Assembly (NCBI GenBank): GCA_950097015.1
Contig: CATNEN010000038.1
Coordinates: 12,338,001-12,402,000 of the forward strand
Direction of reading: 5' to 3'
Origin: Macrostomum hystrix
Taxonomy: Eukaryota; Animalia; Platyhelminthes
DNA length: 64,000 nt
The position numbers and the translations under genes were made by a program. Below, in pieces: positions 36,977-50,748 of this stretch. The notes beneath the pieces were generated by a model that searched no databases, had not been told where the DNA came from, and was given only the letters and a program-made list of their open reading frames with translations. Within the stretch, counting starts at the first letter, position 1, and the number at the start of each line of letters is the position of its first letter.

Positions 36977-39900
36977 GAGTCTCTGCTGCAGCACGAGCCA
37001 ACGCCCAGAGATAGGCCAGGCCAACAGCCTCCTGGACATGGGCACTAGGCGCATCTTCACGGAAGAACACGACCTGCTGCGCGACACCTGCAGAAAATTC
37101 TTTCGCGACGAAGTGGCGCCTTTTCACACAGAGTACGCCAGCAATTTTATATGCAATCTAGCCTGCTTTAAGTAGTGGGTAGAGCGAATTCAAGTTTTAT
37201 TTCCTAAAACATGAAGTCCCTTCGCTCGAATATGGGGCGGAGCCGCAGAAAGAAGTCCTGGTGGCTTGTCGTGCAATTTGCACTACTGCGGTCCTGAGAG
37301 GGCTAACCACCAAGGCAAATCCATAATGTATTCTGTCTAACGATTAGAAAGTCAGAGCAAATGTAAATGGTTCAGTGTGGAGTACACTCTGTATTTTCTC
37401 CTTACTTGTTTCGGCTCTGTACTCTGAAATTTCGCAATTAAAAATATAATAATCCAGAAGTCCGTGAATAGAATGTTAACTTAATTCGTCCTGGGATGGA
37501 ACAAATATGTCAGTTTGACTTAATCTCAACAAGTTGATTAGAGCTTATATTTTCATCATCAAGCTTTGCCGATTGTTCTTTCCCTGGATTCACGATACGT
37601 CAAATCGTTTTTGTGGCTGTTGTATTTTGTGTTGGATCTGAAAGCTTTTAAAAAAATTAATTGCTTCTGACATTTTTAGGTCTAAAATTCAGCGTAAACC
37701 CCGATATTAACGAAGAATTGTTTTATTTGAGATCCTAGATTTATTCATCAAACTAAAAAATCGGAATTAAATTTTTTTAGGTACGAGAAACAAGGCCACG
37801 TGCCTAAGGAGATCTGGCTGAAGGCTGGCAAGCTTGGTCTACTGGGTGTCAGCACTTCAGAGGAGAACTTCGGCGTCGGCTTGGACTTTAAATCGTCCAT
37901 GATTGTCACGGAGGAACAGTGAGTTGTTGCTGTTATATTTCTGTGCTAGTCGGCAGTTATTTTGGTAAGATAAAAAGCGAGTGTCAGTTTAAATGGTTTT
38001 GAACCCCCATTGCGATCTTGGTTGGTTCTGGTGCGTGTGCACCTGTGGTGCCTCAATATTTTACCGTTCATTGCGGCCCGTCTGTCGGCACTTATTTTGG
38101 CTTAAAAGTCAGTGAGTTTCGGTCAGTTGCAAATGATCCAGCAGCTCCTGGAGACTAGCTAGAAGCTGAGTACCTAACTCAACTAACTCAATACTCGTCG
38201 GCGAGCTAATCGAAGCCAACTACGACTTAAGGGTGGTTCTCTCCAGTACGACCAGGACATGAAGTTACAGCAGCTATTGCAGCAGCGCGGCTGGGAAAGC
38301 CCTGACCTATAACGTCACCCAAAAACCTGCGTGCAGCCGGCCCTAGGTCACCATATCTATAGCCTGTTCAGTAGCGAAAATGTCTGTCAGATTTATACCT
38401 GCAATTTTACCCACATTTAACGCTTTTGCGAGCAAGCAGCAACTCTGGACCTAAATATTGAACAAAAGTATGTGCGGCAGCGGCAACCATTTTTGCCTAT
38501 TCGTATTCAAGTGGAAGTTTGAGCACGACTACCAGCCGACCCACCTGGTGGATTAAGAGACTCCCATTTGGGGGCTGCGGCATCCGTATTTCACCGCTAT
38601 ATGTACCGAAAGTTCTCGTATCTACCTGAATTTTCTGTCTTCGCCAACTGCTGCCAGGGACTACTAGGTCTCCTGGGAGCTTCAGGAGTTCCTCCTAGCC
38701 ACCTTGCAGTGCCTCGGCTTCGATATTAACTTGTCCAAAACGCAGACACCGTCTATTTCGGTCGTCCCTCCAGCATGCTGACCAGTACGTCGCCGGGCTG
38801 CTGTCGCTGCCCGTGGATGCCTGGGTGAACTTCTTCTGGACTACACCAATTCAATAAGCCATCAAAAACGTCGCATTTAACACCTGGTCGGCAAGCTGAA
38901 CTAGTTCTGCAAAGTGGCTTAACCTGCGCGAAGGTGCTCTTCGAGCTTATCGAGATCAATATGCATGCCACCCTTAAGGCAGAACAAAATATAAGCTGTT
39001 TGGTAACCACTACATGGCGACCATTTTGCTTATGTCCGTTACCAAAAAGCTTGCGTGTTGTTTAAAAGGTGGATTGTTAGTTTTTTCTGCAACAATATTT
39101 TAATAGCTTGAAAGCTTAAATCTGATGCAATAATGAAGCTGGGTGGCATGCGATGTACTACTGTTTAACAAACCCATGTGGCATAAAGCATATTTTACAC
39201 ATAAAGTCAGGCTGCTCATTATTTTCTCCACGATCACACTTTTTGGAAACAATCGCGTCAGATTGTCTCATATAATATCGGTATAAATGGCTTCTGGATT
39301 TCTGGAAGTTTGTCAAAGGTAACTAAAACTGTTTTTTTAGGTTGCACGACAAGCTAATGTTGTGCCATAAACTGTAGAGCACTGTAACAATTGTGCAATG
39401 ACTAAAAATAATATACTGTGATCTGCTCACAGCTCACTCAGCTTGGGACTGCCCTTAGACAGATGTAATACAAATTATAATTTGCGTAACTCTTATGGCT
39501 CAGTGTTACATTTATCATCGTTTAAAAAATTCTGGTTTAATTTAACAATTCACACACTCAAAGTTCGATTTTGAATTCGCTCTGACGAACGTTAAGTCGC
39601 ATTAAGAAAACAGACTAGCTATTGTCTGCTTCAAATAGGGCAATTCACCCTGTCCTCTCCCTATTCACCCTGGTTTCTGGTCGCAAGCTGCAAGTGTTGT
39701 AAGCTACAACTCGCTGCATCTGTGACATGAGTGTTCAATTGTTGACTCTCAAAATCAGAATATAATTCCTCACTGCACTGTTATACGATACACAGCAGTT
39801 TTTTGTCTGTTGAAGAGTTCAGACTCGAGTCCTCTTGCTTCACAAAAAGTAAGCATCTTATTTTATCAAGGGTCCTTTACATAGATAAACATAATGTGCA

Positions 39901-42900
39901 GTTCTCTAGTTGCCTGACATTAGCTCAGATTTTACTTAAGCAGTTACAGTAATAACTCTTTTCAAATAGCTACAAGAAAAATAATACAAGAAAAGATTGT
40001 AGCAGAAGAGGCTGAAAACGGCCAAATTTTAGAAACAAAAATCCAAACAGCTCATATTTTTTCTGTTCTTTTTTACCCTGGGTATTTTTTTGTGTGGTGT
40101 GCATGGCTCTGAGCAGCATCATTCCCAGTGCGCGGCGAACTGCAGGCTCAGCTGCTGTTCTGGCTACACGCAATTCGGTGCTTTCAACCGAAACCTTAGC
40201 GACGCACTTAAGTGCCGGCAGTGATCGAAACAGATGCCTGTTCTATCGCCGGGAGTAGGATCTGTAGAATGCTGGCGCGAGTTTCACCTCATCAACTTCT
40301 GCAACGACGCTGGTGGCATTTTCTTAGGCGGGCACATCAACGCTAAAGAAGCGATACTGCCGCTGCTCGCCATCATCACGGCATCAGCGCTGAGAAACGA
40401 CTTTCAGTTTCTGCTTAGTACATGTAACACATTGTGTGATGCCTGACCCGTCCCCATCACATGCTGCTGTTTCTGCTGCACCACTTTGGCAGAGCCAGGG
40501 TCCTGCCTGAAAACCTGTGCGAAGGCTGCCTTAAGGATGCATTGGTGGTCCGATCGCGCTAAACCCTAAACACCGGCGCAGTTGTGTTTCAAGTCAGTGC
40601 GGTGCGAGGCGTGATTGGTGTTCCTCTGAGTTGTTGGCTCTGTGCGGGACCTCACCTTCGTTTATCTTGCTCCTGCTCTAGCCTGTTTCGCCATAACTCC
40701 CCCTCCTTTCTTTTTGCGCTTTAGCTTTGGCCCTCTGCCCATCGCCCCGCGCTCTTAATATTTTTGCGTTCATTGGCGGGCAACTTTTGGCCAATTTTTT
40801 TTGTTTTTAGTTACTTTATTACAAAACTAAAATCATGCTCATTAGGAGTAACTATTTCGAATTTCGAATATCATCGCCGATTTACCGGGTCCACCCCGTG
40901 TTCCGCAGACCACTTGGTCGCTCGTGCCATACAAATCTGCTTTCGCATTTTTCTTTAGGGTTTAATAAACGACACACAAAGTGCGTGCCAAAATGTATAT
41001 TTGTTGTGTTTGCATAATCCATAGTAAATAATTCATTATCATGTATTTCTGTCTGTTCGCTGATTGAGTCTTAACCACTTCATTCCTTTATCATAGTTCA
41101 TTTTTTGAAATCTGCAGACCAGATATTTTTGTACTTTGCGGTAAACTACCGTCCTTTATTGTATCCTTATAACAATCCCGAAATTTATCTACAGCTGACC
41201 AAGTTCACCAAGCTGGCAAACTTTCCTAATCCATCAATGTCTCGCAAGGTTTTGTCGCCTACTCTGTGTCGAAAATCAATTCCATTCATCTTGCTATTGA
41301 TTTTAGTTCTCTCCCAGCCTCGAGCGAAGTCTCGACTCTAACCAAAATCCGTGCAGCTTGTTCAATCACTCTTGCACGTCCTCAGGCTGTCCTACCTGAC
41401 ATTACCTGCCTGAGATTTACCTGACAAGGAGAAAATGAGGGGACCGTATTCCAGATTCGGACAAGTTTATAATCGATCCAAAGTAACGAATTCGATGACT
41501 AGTTTGGATGTCGTGCAAAGGATTACATTTCCTCGCGGACTGTGCTCGCGCTGTCTAAGAGCAGGCAGCATGAACTTCAATATTTATCACTTTTCTAAGG
41601 CACGGTTCCTAAAATTTTGCTAGATTTCATCTACATTTTGCTGCATTCAAGACTGACAACAATTGATTAACCTACGTTGCTGATAACTTTGCAAGATCTG
41701 TACCTTAGTTGATGAATTCAGAAAATTATCGTCTGTAGAAAAACCTCGAAAAATAGTCCGGATTTATTCTTAATAGCCGGGTGATTCATGCAAGTACTGC
41801 ATCCGTCCTTTGTGTAGCCTTAATGCAAGCTTTCAAACATTGACTGTAATAAAACTATTGACAGAACTCTTCCGTCTTCCGTCTAATATTAGCTAATCTT
41901 CTGGTCGTCAATTCATAACTTTAAAGACATTTCTATAATGAAATTTAAGGACAAAGAATACAACGCTGCTATGTAAATTAATAGTTTTATACTTTTTGCT
42001 CTATTTCGGTTTCTAAAAGTTTCTCTCTAATTTGAAAGTTATAAATTAAGTAAAAAATTATGCGTGTCAAACAATGAACAAACAACGTGTGAGTTTTGCT
42101 ATTATCAGTGCCAAGCAAAACATGGTTGGATCTCGTGAGTTTATTATGTCGGTTATTTTTAAATAGGTTTCCATATGTGTGTAAAAAAAGAGATTGTCAC
42201 ACACATCTAGGGCGCGTTGTTTATAGTCGGGTTGAGAATGTCACATTAATATTAATATTTTGTTTATTTTAATTCAACTTTTTTAAACACCCAAAAAGAC
42301 TCTTGGGTCTTGGGTAAACGACTATATCCTCGAGGTCTGTTGTTGCTGTTGCTGCTGAAATCCGGTACTGCCTGTGGTAGCTTGGTAGGCTTCAGCCTTG
42401 GACTCCTTAGTGCCGAAGCGGAAAAGGCGCAACAGGGCCTGTCTGAAACGCGGCATGAACACAAAATAGATTACAGGATTGACAATCATGTTCATGTTCA
42501 CCAGTAGCAGAGTGACATTGTAGAATAGGCCCTTCTGATCAAAGTAGAACACGCTAAACATGTAGAGCAGATAGCTGATCTGGTTGGCAGTGAAGCAGAG
42601 CACATAGGCTATTCCGGCTACGAGAAAGGTCTTGATGAGGTTGCTTGACGCAGCCAGCTTCTTCTGTTGGCTCTCCTCGGAGACGCAGCTTTGGCTTCTG
42701 CGCAGAGTGGCAATCATCACGCTGTAGCAGATGGTCATATTCACCACTGGGAATGCGTAGAGCACGGTGAAGTTCTGCATCCCAAAAACGCGCGATGCCC
42801 AGACTGGAATGGCGCGGTTGTAGACGCAACAGTTACCATATTTACCATCGCCGCGTGTCAGATCGATGAAGACTCGCCACAAGTGTAAGCAGGTGTAGGA

Positions 42901-45900
42901 CCAGATGCAGGCGATGGCCACCTTAAGCTTAGTGGCGCTACGTATCACCAGGGGAAATACGAGGGCCACAAAGCGCTCCAGTGTGATAAGCTGTAGGTTC
43001 AACTGCAACGTTTTTAATTTAGGTAAAGAAACAACTGACTCAGGATTTTCTAATTAAAAGATTGCCTTTGACATTAAAACCTAAATGATTCCATGGAATG
43101 GACTGTAGTTAGAGAGGTCTGGACTTCGAACCTCAGGCAAAATAGGAAAAAATTATTGATCAAGACAGACTTCTCTATTGCCTCAATTTAGCAGTTTGAT
43201 GGATACTAGCATGAGCTGGGCGTAAAATGGGTGGGTGTGACGCCCCTCTATTCCATGGATTGAACAACTGTAAGCAGAATATTGTTTTTTAATTCGAAAT
43301 TAACTTCGTATATCGTCAGAGCTTTGACGAGACTCACAGTGCTACAAATAACCGTCACCCAGATGACATACTCGCTGAACCATATGTGGCACACAATTGT
43401 ACCAATGATATTAGCCGGCACACGAATCGGGGTGTAGATTGTCAGCCATTTCACTGAAGCGAAGATGCAGCCGCTCAGGTCTACAGCAGCTTGGCTGATA
43501 ATTAGAAGGCGTGGGTTTCTACTGATAAGTCCGCTTTCTTTGCCAAACACGGCTATTGTCAGGCTATTCGCTGCCAGTCCGAATGCGGCAACGGTCAAGA
43601 AGACCCACGGCCCGGCTACCATTATCCAGTTGCCTGGTTGCAATGTGTCCCGATAATCTGGTAGACATGGTGATAGCGACTCTGTATCTGTTAAAGTTGT
43701 TTGTGAGGCAAGGTTTTGTGCAATTTTATCGCAAGTTTTCTTCTTTGAGTGTGCTCTTCGACCTGATACTTACCGTTAATAAGACTCATTATGGGGTTTA
43801 TCTTGGATGTTGTCCTCAGTGTCTTCTATCTAACTGATTTATCGTACTGCTTTGACTTTCCTTTTATCTCTGAAATCTGATTCTAAAATCGCCGCTATTG
43901 GTTGCGTCAATTTTTTTTGTCCGCTCGTTTCTCGTTGACATTTTTTCTTCCTTACCCTCTACTGACAGTGGTATATTGAAAAAACTGGTTCTTTGCAGTA
44001 AAATAGGTTATATTTTTTATTAGAAATCATTGCACTACAGATTCGCTACAAGCCACTAATACAGCCCATGGCTATTCGCAGCTATTGTCTTGCACATCAA
44101 ATAGCTGCGTAAAGCTGTGCAGTCTAAGGGTAGCGGGTGAATAAACCTCTGCTAATTCTGTTACCTATTTTATAACTGGTTGAGCTAATAGCTCTCCATT
44201 GTAAGTAGTATTATTACTGCTTAATACAGTGCAGTACAGTACTAACTACTTTGCACAGTGGTGCTAAGCGTTCACTTTCTGTATACAAATATCCAGAACT
44301 GCTGCTTCAACCCGAATCCCACCAGGTTTTATGCTAACCTGTCCGGGCCGGGCTTCAGTCTTCACTCGGACATTGTCATGCCCTATTTGTGCAAGTACGG
44401 CACTCCGGAGCAGAAAAAACGCTACCTGCCTCGCATGACCTCCGGCGAAGTCATCGGCGCCATCGCCATGACCGAGCCCGGAGCTGGCAGCGATCTACAA
44501 GGTGTTAAGACTCGGGCTGTGAAGACTTCCAGCGGCGATTACGTTCTGAATGGCAGCAAAACTTTCATTACTAACGGCTGGAACTGCGACCTGTGCATTG
44601 TGGTGGCCGTCACAGATCCGAGTGCCAAGACTCCAGCCCGCGGTATCAGCCTGTTTCTAGTTGACACAGAGTATGCGGGCTTTCGCAAAGGTCGCAAGCT
44701 TGAAAAGATGGGTCTAAAAGCTCAGGATACCGCCGAGCTGTTCTTTGAAGATGTTCGCCTGCCAGCTACGGCCCTGCTAGGCCAGGAGAATCGTGGCTTT
44801 GCCTACCTGATGAGCGAACTACCCAGGGAGAGAATGCTAATTGCCGACATTGGCCAGGCCAGCTCCGAATGGATGTTTGAAGAGACCAGACGTTACGTAC
44901 GAGAACGACGTGCGTTCGGGCGTACCTTGTCCGCGCTGCAGGTAAGAACTTCTGCTAAAATTCGGTTTAGATGACGAGGCATTTGGCCTTCGTAAAGACC
45001 AGTCGTCAAATTTTTTAATTTGATTTAGAAACGCATATGAATATTAAGCATGCAGTTAATGTGATCCGTAGCAGCATATCAGGTAAAAAACACCGCCCAA
45101 CAGATTCTGAGTTGTATTAATAACGATAATATTCTTAAAGTCTGTGGGCGGAAAATTACTAATTAGACTAACACACATTGGACCGTGTACATCTGAGTTG
45201 GATTGCTTTTAGTTTTCTTATTAGAAGAGCACAGCTTTGTAAAGGCTTGGGTAAATATTTTTGCTCATAACTCAAAGGTGTTGCGAGGATAGATTTATTA
45301 AGGTAAGCACCGCTTTGACGAGCTCTTTCTTCAAGTCCGTAGTCAGACAGATGCTTATCTATTTATATATCAATCTATTAAGTCCTCATTAGCAGAAAGT
45401 ATTTCTTCATTATCGGATGAAAAAATAAAGGCTCGATATTTGGAAAGTGCAAAGCTATTTACTTTGTAATTTTAGCATGCTTAACAAATGTTCTGTAGAT
45501 TTCTTTCTGAAAAAGAGCCGGGATGTATTAAATCTATTTTAGGAATTTACTTCTTTTGATGTTCGGAATATTATAAATTATTGACCTATACTTCCTTAAT
45601 TAGTACTAATGCGTTAAGCCCATTTTCGCCATTTGTCTGAAATCGCGTTAAATTGATGGCTACCCTCATACCTTTAATTAGCACTTTAGCAGTTGAAAAC
45701 CATGCAGTTTAACTTTATTTTAAATGCATTATGGACTCTCAATTGTTTTTACTGTTAATACGTTGACATCATAATTATGCTTATACATATGATTGCTACG
45801 TGTTTATTGGCTAACAACACGTTTAGCTTCACTGTTTTCTCGCCCGCTTATAAATATTAGTCAGCGGGTGTTTTTCAAGCGAAAGGTGTTAGGACGAGTT

Positions 45901-47560
45901 GCATACTATATACAGAGTTGCCATGCCTGACTACATCGATAAGAGTCAAGGCCTAGCTAAGCAACAAAAGCAGGTCAAAGCTGAGAATAAGCTGCCACCA
46001 GCCAATCGGTTGTTAACGTCTGATCGAAAGATTACTCAGCAGCAGCAGCAGCAGCAGCAGCAGAATCCATGGTGGTGCCGCAAGTCGCAAGTTCACATTC
46101 AGCCTGAGGACAGGCAGTCAGAAGCTGCTAGTCTGCTGCGCAAGCCACCGCCTCCTAGAAGACTGCCTCCAATTATTCGGCTTAAAAAGACTGACGAATA
46201 CCCTAATAGATAATTATATTGTAATACGTACTAGCGTTTAGGTAGGCACGAAGCCCATGAGAGACAGCCTAGGCTGACTGCAGGTTATCTTTAAAAGTTT
46301 TGGGGTGGCGCCGACACGCACCCCAGCACGTTGCACGATGCGCATGCGAGAATGTACAAAGCGTGCACAGACGATACCTTACACTATATCAACATCTGAT
46401 GGACATTGCATCAATCAGGGTCAATAAGAATGAAATACAAAGTATAATTCTCGTTTCAATGAAATATAAAAGATAAACAAAATTGTCATCTTCTCATACC
46501 AATTCAAACTATTTTGATTGCTTCTGTAAGCGTTAATGTTATTTGATGTCATAAAGATTTATTGCATTTCACATATTGATTATAAATCATTCATTGTGAG
46601 GCAGTGAAAATTAACAATAGTATATAACCAGCAAAATTTAGTTTTTTGTTGTTTAAGGTAAGTAGATTCTGTAAATAATTCTGTACTCTAGAAAACACGT
46701 TAATGTCTAGCTGGTTTGTTTATACTCATTAAAATAAATTAAAATAGCCACTACCAGTCAAAATCCTCAGCTGCTGTCAACCTTCCAGATCCTCAGCTGC
46801 CATCAACCTTCCAGATCCTCAGCTGCCATCAACCTTCCAGATCCTCAGCTGCCATCAACCTTCCAGATCCTCAGCTGCCATTAACCTCCCAGATCCTCAG
46901 CTGCCATCAACCTCCCAGATCCTCAGCTGCCATCAACCTTCCAGATCCTCAGCTGCCATCAACCTCCCAGATCCTCAGCTGCTATCAACCTCCCAGATCC
47001 TCAGCTGCTATCAACCTCCCAGATCCTCAGCTGCTACAACCTCCCAGGTCCTCAGCTGCTACAACCTCCTAGCTCCTCAGCTGCTACAACCTCCCAGGTC
47101 CTAAGCTGCCATCAACCTCCCAGATCCTCAGCTGCTATCAACCTCCTAGGTCCTCAGCTGCTACAACCTCCCAGATCCTCAGCTGCCATCAACCTCCTAG
47201 ACTCCAACTGCCAACTGACTTAGATATCCATTATTTCACGCCTTCCAGACAATCCAACACAAGTTGGCGGACTTGAAGACGGAAATCTGTGTCGCTCGCG
47301 CTTTTGCTGACCAGTGCATCGAGCTGCAGAATGTGGACCGTCTAGACTCATACACGGCCTCAATGGCCAAGATGTGGTGCACGGAGATGCAGAACCGCGT
47401 GGCCTATCAGTGCGTGCAGCTGCACGGCGGCTGGGGCTACATGTGGGAGTATCCGATAGCCAAGGCCTACGTTGATGCCAGGGTGCAGCCAATCTACGGT
47501 GGCGCCAATGAGATCATGAAGGAACTCATTGCTAGGCCAATCTGCGATCCCAGCAAGTAG
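36977..47560 (+). CDS. ACADL: Long-chain specific acyl-CoA dehydrogenase (LCAD); N-terminal exon(s) not located
   Basis: Exons 36977-37132, 37781-37918, 44326-44941 and 47249-47560, with consistent phases. Motifs: DMGTRRIFTEEHDLLR, IAMTEPGAGSDLQG, NGSKTFITNG, ELPRERM (helix-G catalytic Glu) and QPIYGGANE (Gly where MCAD has its catalytic Glu). This pattern fits the LCAD-type active site. Confidence 0.92.
38400..38900 (+). mobile_element. Highly decayed reverse-transcriptase remnant, possibly DIRS/Ngaro (tyrosine-recombinase retrotransposon) type
   Basis: Broken-frame peptides FKWKF..LVD/RLPFG and LQCLGFDINLSKTQ resemble DIRS/Ngaro RT motifs. No intact ORF remains. Confidence 0.4.
41150..41800 (-). 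mobile_element. Decayed LINE (CR1/L2-like) RT C-terminal remnant
   Basis: The minus strand near 41430-41465 reads PNLEYGPLIFS, like the RPxLEYxxxxWSP motif. The surrounding frames are broken. Confidence 0.35.
42322..43789 (-). CDS. Rhodopsin-family (class A) GPCR, probably peptide-receptor-like, nested antisense in an ACADL intron (348 aa, 3 exons)
   Basis: Exons 43789-43774, 43687-43338 and 43002-42322 (GT-AG, 1047 nt). N-terminus MSLINDT has an N-glycosylation sequon. TM1 GLAANSL, TM2 AAVDL, TM3 Cys plus TLERF, TM5 YAFP..CY, TM6 YVLCF, TM7 NPVIY. Confidence 0.9.
45923..46213 (+). CDS. Possible small poly-Q/Pro-rich protein (96 aa) inside the last ACADL intron
   Basis: GC-richer island with GCCATG preceded by a possible acceptor (tacag). 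No recognised homology. Confidence 0.3.
   Translation: MPDYIDKSQGLAKQQKQVKAENKLPPANRLLTSDRKITQQQQQQQQQNPWWCRKSQVHIQPEDRQSEAASLLRKPPPPRRLPPIIRLKKTDEYPNR
46763..47215. repeat. ~26-bp minisatellite (cagatcctcagctgccatcaacctcc)n before the last ACADL exon
   Basis: About 17 copies; shares the core cctcccagatcctcag with the 20612-21325 array. Confidence 0.95.
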
Positions 47561-48118
47561 ATTTTGGGACTTGCTACTAACATGTAAGATCATAGCACCA
47601 TTCCAACAGGCCAAGTTAGTTAGCTAAAGAATAAACAAGAAGAAGTTAACTTACTTATTAATTGCTCTAGTGCCTCATTCCTTGTCTGATTTCTATTTGG
47701 CAATGTAATAGCGGCTCCTTTGATACTGTTTAATTATCGTGTAGGATTCGCAAGTTTTAAATAATTACACTTCAGTTTGTGCTGTTTTTTAATTTGAACA
47801 TGTTCAACTCGCAATTCTAATAATTGTGATTGGTTAGTACTCGTAGTTTTGTTTAAAAAATGCTATAGATAGAATTACTCGTAGATCGACAAACTGGGTG
47901 TAAATTCGTGTGATTTATTATAAATGCATATATCACTTACTTGACTGTGAGCTCCACTCGCTGCATAAAACATACATTTTTTAATTGCCACTTCTTTGTT
48001 CGGGTTAATAATAAACTAGCGAGCCATAACTAAAATGTATGAAGCTATGTAAGTCATTTCAGGGTGTAAAGACGTTCAGCATTCTTGTTTTGAAACTCGT
48101 TGTCTCGCTCTTTGCACC

Positions 48119-50748
48119 ATTCCACAGTGTGCTGACTCTCACCCTAACATTCCACAGTGTGCTGGCTCTCACCCCGCCATTCCACAGTGTGCTGGCTCTC
48201 ACCCTAACATTCCACAGTGTGCTGGCTCTCACCCTAACATTCCACAGTGTGCTGGCTCTCACCCCGCCATTCCACAGTGTGCTGGCCCTCACCCCGCCAT
48301 TCCACAGTGTGCTGGCTCTCACCCTGCCATTCCACAGTGTGCTGGCTCTCACCCTGCCATTCCACAGTGTGCTGGCTCACCCTGCCATTCCACAGTGTGC
48401 TGGCTCTCACCCCGCCATTCCACAGTGTGCTGGCTCTCACCCTGACATTCCACAGTGTGCTGGCTCTCACCCTGACATTCCACAGTGTGCTGGCTCTCAC
48501 CCTGACATTCCACAGTGTGCTGGCCCTCACCCCGCCATTCCACAGTGTGCTGGCTCTCACCCCGCCATTCCACAGTGTGCTGGCTCTCACCCTGCCATTC
48601 CACAGTGTGCTGGCTCTCACCCTGACATTCCACAGTGTGCTGGCTCTCACCCTGACATTCCACAGTGTGCTGGCTCTCACCCTGACATTCCACAGTGTGC
48701 TGGCTCTCACCCTGACATTCCACAGTGTGCTGGCTCTCACCCTGACATTCCACAGTGTGCTGGCTCTCACCCTGACATTCCACAGTGTGCTGGCTCTCAC
48801 CCTGACATTCCACAGTGTGCTGGCTCTCACCCTGACATTCCACAGTGTGCTGGCTCTCACCCTGACATTCCACAGTGTGCTGGCTCTCACCCTGACATTC
48901 CACAGTGTGCTGGCTCACCCTGCCATTCCACAGTGTGCTGGCTCTCACCCTGCCATTCCACAGTGTGCTGGCTCTCACCCTGACATTCCACAGTGTGCTG
49001 GCTCTCACCCCGCCATTCCACAGTGTGCTGGCTCTCACCCTGCCATTCCACAGTGTGCTGGCTCTCACCCTGACATTCCACAGTGTGCTGGCTCTCACCC
49101 TGACATTCCACAGTGTGCTGGCTCTCACCCTGCCATTCCACAGTGTGCTGGCTCTCACCCTGACATTCCACAGTGTGCTGGCTCTCACCCTGACATTCCA
49201 CAGTGTGCTGGCTCTCACCCTGACATTCCACAGTGTGCTGGCTCTCACCCTGACATTCCACAGTGTGCTGGCTCTCACCCTGACATTCCACAGTGTGCTG
49301 GCTCTCACCCTGACATTCCACAGTGTGCTGGCTCTCACCCTGACATTCCACAGTGTGCTGGCTCACCCTGCCATTCCACAGTGTGCTGGCTCTCACCCTG
49401 CCATTCCACAGTGTGCTGGCTCTCACCCTGACATTCCACAGTGTGCTGGCTCTCACCCTGACATTCCACAGTGTGCTGGCTCTCACCCTGACATTCCACA
49501 GTGTGCTGGCCCTCACCCCGCCATTCCACAGTGTGCTGGCTCTCACCCCGCCATTCCACAGTGTGCTGGCTCTCACCCTGCCATTCCACAGTGTGCTGGC
49601 TCTCACCCTGACATTCCACAGTGTGCTGGCTCTCACCCTGACATTCCACAGTGTGCTGGCTCTCACCCTGACATTCCACAGTGTGCTGGCTCTCACCCTG
49701 ACATTCCACAGTGTGCTGGCTCTCACCCTGACATTCCACAGTGTGCTGGCTCTCACCCTGACATTCCATCCACAGTGTGCTGGCTCTCACCCTGACATTC
49801 CACAGTGTGCTGGCTCTCACCCTGACATTCCACAGTGTGCTGGCTCTCACCCTGACATTCCACAGTGTGCTGGCTCTCACCCTGACATTCCACAGTGTGC
49901 TGGCTCTCACCCTGACATTCCACAGTGTGCTGGCTCTCACCCTGACATTCCACAGTGTGCTGGCTCTCACCCTGACATTCCACAGTGTGCTGGCTCTCAC
50001 CCTGACATTCCACAGTGTGCTGGCTCTCACCCTGACATTCCACAGTGTGCTGGCTCTCACCCTGACATTCCACAGTGTGCTGGCTCTCACCCTGACATTC
50101 CACAGTGTGCTGGCTCTCACCCTGACATTCCACAGTGTGCTGGCTCTCACCCTGACATTCCACAGTGTGCTGGCTCTCACCCTGACATTCCACAGTGTGC
50201 TGGCTCTCACCCTGCCATTCCACAGTGTGCTGGCTCTCACCCCGCCATTCCACAGTGTGCTGGCTCTCACCCTGCCATTCCACAGTGTGCTGGCTCTCAC
50301 CCTGACATTCCACAGTGTGCTGGCTCTCACCCTGACATTCCACAGTGTGCTGGCTCTCACCCTGACATTCCACAGTGTGCTGGCTCTCACCCTGACATTC
50401 CACAGTGTGCTGGCTCTCACCCTGACATTCCACAGTGTGCTGGCTCTCACCCTGACATTCCACAGTGTGCTGGCTCTCACCCTGCCATTCCACAGTGTGC
50501 TGGCTCTCACCCCGCCATTCCACAGTGTGCTGGCTCTCACCCTGCCATTCCACAGTGTGCTGGCTCTCACCCTGACATTCCATCCACAGTGTGCTGGCTC
50601 TCACCCTGACATTCCACAGTGTGCTGGCTCTCACCCTGACATTCCACAGTGTGCTGGCTCTCACCCTGACATTCCACAGTGTGCTGGCTCTCACCCTGAC
50701 ATTCCACAGTGTGCTGGCTCTCACCCTGACATTCCACAGTGTGCTGGC
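48119..50748. repeat. 30-bp minisatellite (attccacagtgtgctggctctcaccctgac)n, ~2.6 kb
   Basis: About 88 highly homogeneous copies. It is the source of all long repetitive ORFs at 48039-50892. Confidence 0.98.

Noticed and set aside
39575-39615. ctgacga..gaaa resembling a hammerhead ribozyme core
   Set aside because: The required stems could not be paired by eye.
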